Shown one piece after another: positions 7,811 through 13,808 of a stretch of 13,808 bases of DNA (positions within the stretch are counted from its first letter, which is position 1; every line of letters starts with the position of its first letter). The notes beneath the pieces were generated by a model. The model saw nothing but the letters and a program-made list of their open reading frames with translations. It made no database searches and was not told the origin of the DNA. The stretch lies in the NCBI GenBank assembly GCA_019058365.1, contig JAHPZE010000052.1, positions 1 through 13,808 of the forward strand. Reading direction: 5' to 3'. This DNA comes from Promethearchaeota archaeon. Its GTDB lineage: Archaea > Asgardarchaeota > Lokiarchaeia > Sigyniarchaeales > SOKP01. A program made the translations under genes and the position numbers.

Positions 7811-8482
7811 GTGATCTTAATGGATTACAGATTTGTAAAAGCATTTGAGTTTAATTTTAATTTTGGAACACTTTTATCAGTTGATTTCAGCACGTGTTCT
7901 GAAGCTTCAGACTTAATTAACCTTACTGAAGAAATATTTAATGAAATTAGAGATTGTATTAATGTTCGAGGCATTCCCAATCTAATATGGTTTAAAGGAA
8001 TAACTAACTCTGTAAATCCTTCAAATTTTACATTGATTACAAAAATGATTAGAGCGGTATATCCAAAACAAAAAATTGGTATTTATTTGAATTGTGGAAT
8101 TTTTCAAGATGAGGAGTTTCGAAACGTTTTTCATGGGTGCGACTTGGTTGCTATTAATCTCAATACCGTTGAGCACTTTCAATTTTCAAAAATTAATACT
8201 TGTCCTGAATTTATTAATTCTAAAGCCGTATTAGAAGGAATAATAGAATTTAGTAAAAATTTCAAGGGTAAATTAGGCATTTATACTTTGTTTTTAAAAG
8301 ATGTTAATGATAGCATTAAGAATGTAGAAAGATTAAAAGAATTCTTATTGCGCGTCATGCCAGATCATTATTCTGTTAGTAATTATATGTTAAATGGCTT
8401 TGAACCCGTTTCGACAGATTTTAAAGAAGGAGTTAAAGAAATCTTGAAAGATCTTCCTTTCAAGGTTATTTATATGTTCTAA
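7811..8482 (+). CDS. Degenerate radical-SAM-fold protein (COG0731/TYW1-like) lacking the CxxxCxxC motif; likely start ATG 7820
   Basis: IGIYLNCGIFQDEEFR...CDLVAINLNT...FSKIN...VLEGIIEFSKNFKGKL...LFLKDVNDS...MPD is colinear with the recalled COG0731 pattern (VAVLTNGSLL..EVR..ADLV.PSLDA..F..INRP..IIEGL..F...Y.G.I..E.ML..G.NDS...PD). Only one Cys remains at the cluster-motif position. Confidence 0.75.
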   Translation: MILMDYRFVKAFEFNFNFGTLLSVDFSTCSEASDLINLTEEIFNEIRDCINVRGIPNLIWFKGITNSVNPSNFTLITKMIRAVYPKQKIGIYLNCGIFQDEEFRNVFHGCDLVAINLNTVEHFQFSKINTCPEFINSKAVLEGIIEFSKNFKGKLGIYTLFLKDVNDSIKNVERLKEFLLRVMPDHYSVSNYMLNGFEPVSTDFKEGVKEILKDLPFKVIYMF

Positions 8483-8518
8483 TTCATAGTTGTCTTTAAC
8501 CCAGCTCAATTAAATTGT

Positions 8519-8989
8519 TTAACATGGTTCAAATTTGAAACCACAACACTCACATAGATTTTCAAGATTTTTAATGTATTTTAACATTGAATTGTACCAT
8601 TTGTCCAATAATTTTTTTAACTGGATTTTAATTGTATCCATATTTTTAGCATTATACACATAAAGATATCCTTGTTTTTTAGAATCTATTAACCCTTTCG
8701 CATTAGTATATTCTTTCATTGATATCGAACTGCGTTTAACAAATTTTAACATAGATAGCACTTGAAGAGCTCTTTGAATTGAACTTCTGTCCATCTCTAA
8801 TGTGAGTGCTACTTCAGATGTCCTAACATCTTTATTCTTCAATAAATGACAAAATACTTTAGACTCAGTACTGTTTAAACCTAATATACATTTAAACAAT
8901 TGTTCACTGGAAAATTCCGCTTTATTATTTAAAATCTGGTCAATTTTCTCAAATTCTTTTAACTTTTTATTAATTACTTCCATTGGCAA
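8519..8989 (-). CDS. HTH transcriptional regulator (COG3355/TrmB-like) with Cys-rich C-terminus
   Basis: LFKCILGLNSTESKVF...TSEVALTLEMDRSSIQRALQVL...GYLYVY...LDKWY; tail CECCGFKFEPC. Confidence 0.85.
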   Translation of the reverse strand: MPMEVINKKLKEFEKIDQILNNKAEFSSEQLFKCILGLNSTESKVFCHLLKNKDVRTSEVALTLEMDRSSIQRALQVLSMLKFVKRSSISMKEYTNAKGLIDSKKQGYLYVYNAKNMDTIKIQLKKLLDKWYNSMLKYIKNLENLCECCGFKFEPC

Positions 8990-9043
8990 TCAATACAAAT
9001 TAATATAAAAAATTTAAAGAAAAAAGGAATTAATTTAATAATT

Positions 9044-9451
9044 TCATTTTTTTAATTTTTCTAATACTTTCTTCATTCCTTCATAGTTTATTGCTCCAAC
9101 AATTTGATTTATAACCTCGTCATTTTTAATAAATAAGGTTGTAGGAATTCCTGTTATTCCATACTTCATCGCTAAAGCGTTATTTTCATCAACATTAACC
9201 TTTATAAAAATAAAATCGCTTTGAAATTCTCCTTGAAGTTTCTTAAAAATTGGAGCAAAAAACATGCAAGGTCCACACCATACAGCCCAAAAATCTATAA
9301 TAATTATTTTATCAGGATAATCCTTCAATAATTTATTAAATTCTTCAGAAGAATGTATCTCTATTACATGTTCTGGCATCGTTTGATGTTTTAATAAAGT
9401 TTCAGCTTTTTTCATTCTTAACCTTTCTAGGTCCTTATCTGCTTCTTGCAT
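9044..9451 (-). CDS. trxA: Thioredoxin
   Basis: DFWAVWCGPC active site, KVNVDEN, YGITGIPT cis-Pro loop; archaeal-type N-terminal DxDLERLRxKK extension. Confidence 0.95.
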   Translation of the reverse strand: MQEADKDLERLRMKKAETLLKHQTMPEHVIEIHSSEEFNKLLKDYPDKIIIIDFWAVWCGPCMFFAPIFKKLQGEFQSDFIFIKVNVDENNALAMKYGITGIPTTLFIKNDEVINQIVGAINYEGMKKVLEKLKK

Positions 9452-9482
9452 TTATGTTTCACATTAAATTATTCTTTTTTTA

Positions 9483-9570
9483 AGTTGTGTGATTTTTCTT
9501 CACAACTCTCTAATACTATAATATTCGATAGTATATTTAAAGGTGATTATTGTGTGAAAAATTTCACTAC
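9483..9570 (-). promoter_or_regulatory. Thioredoxin promoter: TATA box flanked by two related palindromic sites
   Basis: TTTAAATA at 9541-9534 (minus); TTGTGTGA-TTTTTC-TTCACAAC (9485-9506) and TTGTGTGA-AAAAT-TTCACTAC (9550-9570). Confidence 0.65.
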
Positions 9571-9613
9571 TTCTTCTATAAGATAAGTTATACTCTTTAG
9601 CAAGATCCTATAA

Positions 9614-9949
9614 TTATGAAATTAGAACTAAAGAAAACATTAAAAAATATAATACGACATTTTCTATAATCAATTCTATGGTAACTATAATAAGAATAAT
9701 AACTATTGATTCATGAATGTTCTGTTTAAACACAGTTTTGAACAATATAAGTCCAAGGCAAATGTTCAATGTGAAAGAGACCATCATTAAATAAAGAGAG
9801 AAATTATACGATTCATAAGGATTAGAAAAATTGATGTCTAAAAAGAATTCGATCAATATAGTTAAGTTTATTATCAAAGAGAGCGTTATAATTTTCCAAC
9901 AAATAGTAAAAAGTAATGGTTTGAATTTGGATAGACGTGAAAAACTAAT
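9614..9949 (-). CDS. Small multi-TM membrane protein, possibly 5'-truncated (frame open to 9949; first usable start TTG 9877)
   Basis: Three hydrophobic segments with polar linkers (PLLFTICWKIITLSLIINLTILIEFF; FSLYLMMVSFTLNICLGLILF; SIVIILIIVTIELIIENVVLYFLM); overlaps the plus-strand ORF at 9831. Confidence 0.45.
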   Translation of the reverse strand: MSFSRLSKFKPLLFTICWKIITLSLIINLTILIEFFLDINFSNPYESYNFSLYLMMVSFTLNICLGLILFKTVFKQNIHESIVIILIIVTIELIIENVVLYFLMFSLVLIS

Positions 9950-10139
9950 TCATGCTTTTGATTATCTGCTTGAGCAAAATTATATTAAAATCAAGAAAAA
10001 AACAAGTAAGTTCCATATTGTTAAATTAAATGAAAAGGATAATCCCGATTTCAAATTATTTCGTGAAATTGTTCAGGAATTTTGGACTTCTCCGCAACAA
10101 GAAAAAAATAATGTAAAATCATGGAGGGATTTAAAATAA
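9831..10139 (+). CDS. Small winged-helix protein (5' end uncertain)
   Basis: REKLIHAFDYLLEQNYIKIKKKTSKFHIVKLNEKDNP fits recognition helix, wing and LNxxNP tail; overlaps the next gene by 19 bp. Confidence 0.6.
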   Translation: MMSKKNSINIVKFIIKESVIIFQQIVKSNGLNLDRREKLIHAFDYLLEQNYIKIKKKTSKFHIVKLNEKDNPDFKLFREIVQEFWTSPQQEKNNVKSWRDLK

Positions 10140-11005
10140 ATAATCACCATAAAAGCTTACCTGAGATAGATTTCAAAAAGACTGAGAATATTACCAAATT
10201 TTTCAGTATAATAAAAAAAGAATATTTTACGAATTTATTTAGAATACTGATTCTATTAGTGTTTCTATCTCTAATTTATATAATCTACTATACTATTTTC
10301 CCGCAATTATTAATTCCTAATGTGAGATTTCCTTTGGATCAAATAGTTTTTTGGAGTTTTTTCTTGTTTTATTTATTTATTTATTTTTTTCAGTTAACTT
10401 CTATTAAATTCTCTCCTGCATTAATCAAATTTCTTAATAAAGAACTTAGTATCTTAGGTTTTCAAGTTCATAGAAAATACAAAACAGGGTTATTTTTTTC
10501 CTTATTTAATAGTCTCACAGTTATTATTTTTATCTTAATTAGTATGTTGATTACCTATTCTACAAATTATATTATAACATCTCTAATTGTAAGGTTGATT
10601 GTTGTTTATTTTTTTTCAAGTACTATAATTCCAATTCTTCGTGGGATATTACATGATAAATTTATCATTAAGTTAAAGGCACCCTATTTTATACAATTTG
10701 AATTACAATTCAAATTGATAAAACCTATAGAAGTTGAATCACAGATGATCAGGATTTATATGACATCAAATAAATTAGGAATCAAATCCAATCAATATAG
10801 TGCTAACAGTTTTTTAGAGATCTCCAATAAAAGATGGCTTCCTAGAAAAGGTAGACTAAAATTGCCGAATTTTCTTTCAAACTCCAATTTATATTTTTAT
10901 GAATATTCAACAATTATAAATTTTAAAGAACAATTTTTAAACATTGTTTCAGCAGTTAGAGAATGGGACATACAGTTGAAATTAAGAGGCAAAATAAATG
11001 TTTAA
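10121..11005 (+). CDS. Hypothetical integral membrane protein (about 4 TM helices plus soluble C-terminal domain)
   Basis: 294-aa ORF with four long hydrophobic segments in residues ~40-175. Confidence 0.75.
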   Translation: MEGFKINNHHKSLPEIDFKKTENITKFFSIIKKEYFTNLFRILILLVFLSLIYIIYYTIFPQLLIPNVRFPLDQIVFWSFFLFYLFIYFFQLTSIKFSPALIKFLNKELSILGFQVHRKYKTGLFFSLFNSLTVIIFILISMLITYSTNYIITSLIVRLIVVYFFSSTIIPILRGILHDKFIIKLKAPYFIQFELQFKLIKPIEVESQMIRIYMTSNKLGIKSNQYSANSFLEISNKRWLPRKGRLKLPNFLSNSNLYFYEYSTIINFKEQFLNIVSAVREWDIQLKLRGKINV

Positions 11006-11178
11006 ATAAGATTTTTAAGAGAGAATAAAAGAGTATACTATTAGTCCCTTAATTTGAATATTAATTGAGGATTATGTTTTTTTTATGTTTTTACTTATGA
11101 TTTTCAATCTGAAAATTATCTTTGTCCTCTTCTACAAGTATCGAAATAAGTATTTCAAGAAGATTAGAAGATAGCACT

Positions 11179-12117
11179 TTATATTTTGAAATTGTCTTCT
11201 TCATAAATTTTTATTTGTTTTAGTCGTGAAGCTTTTCTTCGAGATGATACTGTAATTTGAAAATCTAAATCTTTTTTAAAGATATCAGCTCCTCTTGCTA
11301 TTTCCTTAGCAATATCTTCCATTATAGAATCTTCTTTAATAATAGCTCCGTTAAACATTGGTATTTCTGAATATTTTTCAATCAAATCCTCTGTTAATTC
11401 TTTTGGTAAAACATCAGATCTGTCTTTAAATGCCACAGTGATCCTTTCTTCTAATTTTATATAAATTTCCCTCTTACTAAATTGACAATCAACACATTTA
11501 GAACTTCGATTTTTAAAAATATTTAATATTATTAACCCAGTGATAAATTTGAAGTTTCTTTTTAAAATATCATTAATATCTCTATTATCAGGATCATTGA
11601 TGTATTGTTGAATATATTTCCCAGCATTAGTATATAATTTACAGAAAAATAAAGCCCGATGAAAATAGGCTGGAACTATGCAAAATATTCTCGTAAACCA
11701 GAAATGTGTGATTCCTATTGGTGGGTTTTCACGAAAAAAATAATAAGCAACTCTCCCATCTCTTTCTGTATGTAAAGTAGATTCTTTTTTAAGCATATTC
11801 AAATATGTTGAAGTCGTAGAGCGAGCAATCTCTTTAAAATATCTTTTATATTCTTTCTCTACTTCGCCTGTAGTAATTTTGTTCTTTCCTTCTAAGTAGT
11901 ATTGCAAAATTATTCCTAAAATACGGCTTTCGTGAAGGCGACCTGTTTTTATCTGTTGTTCTTCTGCTTCATCTTCTCTAATTTGATATAAATATGCAAT
12001 TTCTGGAGCATAATCTTGAATAACTTTATCTATAAATTTAAGTTCGGGATCTTCTTCTATCTCTACTGATTTAGTGCTTTCTATTATTAATTCTTCAATT
12101 TTAGATTTTTCAGACAA
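11179..12117 (-). CDS. Winged-helix regulator with a Cys-containing C-terminal domain
   Basis: ITTGEVEKEYKRYFKEIARSTTSTYLNMLKKESTLHTERDGRVAYYFF is a wHTH pattern; later RIFC, FFC and KCVDCQF; TTG start. Confidence 0.75.
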   Translation of the reverse strand: MSEKSKIEELIIESTKSVEIEEDPELKFIDKVIQDYAPEIAYLYQIREDEAEEQQIKTGRLHESRILGIILQYYLEGKNKITTGEVEKEYKRYFKEIARSTTSTYLNMLKKESTLHTERDGRVAYYFFRENPPIGITHFWFTRIFCIVPAYFHRALFFCKLYTNAGKYIQQYINDPDNRDINDILKRNFKFITGLIILNIFKNRSSKCVDCQFSKREIYIKLEERITVAFKDRSDVLPKELTEDLIEKYSEIPMFNGAIIKEDSIMEDIAKEIARGADIFKKDLDFQITVSSRRKASRLKQIKIYEEDNFKI

Positions 12118-12329
12118 TTTAAAAAACTCTTTTAGTTAATTATTTTATTTATTTATTAAATCCTGTTCTTAGGTGGGTTTTCATGTATTCTCTTCATTAA
12201 CAATAAAAAGAATTCCATTCTTTGTTATTATCTTGTAAAAACTTGATTTTCTATTAGCTAAATCTAATTAGATTTTCAATTCATAAATAGAGTTTTAATT
12301 CGCACTTGATGTGAATTATGAACTTTGAT

Positions 12330-12640
12330 TGAAGTCTGAAAATTAATTGTATATAAAGAGGAGACTAAGCTTTCTAAGATAATAAGAAAATTTGGGATTA
12401 CTAAAAAATAATTTAATGATTTTTACGTACAAGTTATTAATTTTTTTCCTGAATACAAAGAACTGGATCAGCAAAAACAGGTTGTCCAATTAATTTCTAA
12501 GTTCTCTTTGCATTTTAATTTAGGAATTCCATTCTATTATCAAGTAAAGAAAATTTTGATAAAATAAAGCTTATAAAACGAATTGATCTAATATAACTTA
12601 AATTATTATGTAATTTCAACTTATTTTATCTCTCTTTAGT
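12330..12640 (+). pseudogene. Decayed coding remnant, possibly of a Lokiarchaeia TFIIB/cyclin-fold-like gene
   Basis: Frame 12340-12567: KLIVYKEETKLSKIIRKFGITKK*FNDFYVQVINFFPEYKELDQQKQVVQLISKFSLHFNLGIPFYYQVKKILIK*; protein-like, one internal TAA at 12409, no start. Family from recollection only. Confidence 0.5.
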
Positions 12641-12708
12641 ATTCCCTCCTCCATGGTGCCCCCCTGACTACTTTGATAAAAAGAAAGATTGATAGATTGA
12701 TTTAATTA

Positions 12709-13518
12709 TTATTTTTTCTGAATATCTTTCATTTTTTTATCCAGATTACTTGAAGCTTCAGTATGACTCTTTCCATGTACTAGTGTGTCTGTTCCATAGT
12801 CTGAACTCGCTAATACACTTGCTCCAGCTGCGCTAATTGTTGCTGTTCCCGCTTGTACTCCTGCTCCGATAGCCTTTCTCTTCTCTACTACAATATCGAA
12901 GAATGTTATTGTTGGAATGAGTTGGGTTCGTATAAGTGCTTTTGAATAAGGAATATCTCGCTCAGATCTACTCGCATAATATCTCCATCCATGGCCATAT
13001 TTGGCAAATGCAGTTAATGCCTTCAATTCTTCATCAGGTTCCTTTTTATTCATGCAAACTAAGCGAACATCATTATAGAGTTGCTTTTTTATATCTGGCT
13101 TTAAAAGTGTATGCTTTTTACCCTGATTTTTTATGATTCCTTGTTTTTCTAAGCTCTCCCATAAAGCTTGTTCTGTGTAACCCTTCTTCTTATATTTATC
13201 TCGGAACCATTTTACCCAATCAACGACAGATTGAGTTGTTTCTCCTTTCTTACCTTTAAAATCCTTGATAATATCTAGATATTCATCCAAGAGTGGATGT
13301 CCTGCAGAGCTTTCATCAATAACTCTTATATGAACTGGATCCTTTTTTGCTCCCGAATCAAATAATTCAATTTTTCCTCTCAATCTTAAATCTGTAAGAA
13401 CTGTACTTGGACACCAATTTTTAAGTCCCATCCCAGATCCTCCCAAAGGTAACTTCCCATTTTTCTTTAAGATTAAGAGTAGATGTTTTTCTCCCGTTAA
13501 CATAATAAAATTCTCCAT
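12709..13518 (-). CDS. GOLPH3/Vps74 (GPP34) family protein
   Basis: LTGEKHLLLIL, VLTDLRLRGKI, RVIDESSAGHPLLDEYLDII, VVDWV, LWESLEKQGII match the GPP34 pattern; small-residue-rich C-terminal tail. Confidence 0.8.
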   Translation of the reverse strand: MENFIMLTGEKHLLLILKKNGKLPLGGSGMGLKNWCPSTVLTDLRLRGKIELFDSGAKKDPVHIRVIDESSAGHPLLDEYLDIIKDFKGKKGETTQSVVDWVKWFRDKYKKKGYTEQALWESLEKQGIIKNQGKKHTLLKPDIKKQLYNDVRLVCMNKKEPDEELKALTAFAKYGHGWRYYASRSERDIPYSKALIRTQLIPTITFFDIVVEKRKAIGAGVQAGTATISAAGASVLASSDYGTDTLVHGKSHTEASSNLDKKMKDIQKK

Positions 13519-13756
13519 TTATGATAGTTAATAACAAGAAAAAATTGTAAAAAACCTTTCTATTTTACTACGTTATTTATATCATCAAATGAAAATACCA
13601 AACTCTTATTCTATTATGTTTTTAAAACAATTTCTCCCATTATCTAATTCTCGCTTTGAGTTTAATTTAAGGTGTTTTGGAATAGAATTGGACAGGTTTT
13701 TACAAAAAAGTCTGAAACTAATAATTGATATCTAAAGATCTTTCAGTTTAACAATA

Positions 13757-13808
13757 ACAGTACCAAAGGAAGTAGATCTCTAAATCCTATTGAACATTGA
13801 CTTTTTAT
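13757..13808. repeat. Right copy of the 52-bp terminal inverted repeat; probable IS/MITE terminus
   Basis: Exact reverse complement of 2-53; CAGTACCAAAGGAAG starts at 13758 after an AT-rich flank. Confidence 0.9.

Noticed and set aside
4019-8482. Classical radical-SAM RiPP biosynthetic cluster
   Set aside because: The rSAM-like protein lacks CxxxCxxC, SPASM and RRE features; no transporter or peptidase nearby; the Cys peptides fit zinc ribbons better.
12210-12547. GAATTCCATTCT repeated at about 12210 and 12524
   Set aside because: Two copies only, one inside the pseudogene frame; no further structure to support a function.
12616-12670. GC-rich patch with 12-codon minus ORF MEEGILKRDKIS
   Set aside because: Too short to support, with no paralog or stable hairpin seen.
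12936-13136. 66-aa plus-strand ORF
   Set aside because: Antisense shadow within the GPP34 gene.

Overview
AT-rich archaeal DNA, inferred to be an Asgard (Lokiarchaeia-like) chromosome segment from gene content (membrane-anchored NosD-type beta-helix protein, GOLPH3/GPP34-like protein, many winged-helix regulators), BRE/TATA promoters, GTGA-type ribosome-binding sites and oligo-T terminators. The two window ends are an exact 52-bp inverted repeat that looks like an IS terminus. Recognisable genes: cupin, DUF6786/mutarotase-like protein, NosD-like surface protein, VOC/glyoxalase, thioredoxin with a Cys-rich HTH regulator, two more wHTH proteins, a membrane protein and a GPP34 protein. The most unusual part is 4019-8482. 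A palindromic site separates a rightward operon (986-aa tandem-wHTH/TPR protein plus a radical-SAM-fold protein that has lost its CxxxCxxC motif) from a leftward string of four tiny ORFs. Three of these are missing from the ORF track: a basic ~30-aa peptide containing a predicted RNA pseudoknot, and two paralogous zinc-ribbon microproteins, one frameshifted. All family assignments are from motif recognition, not database searches.
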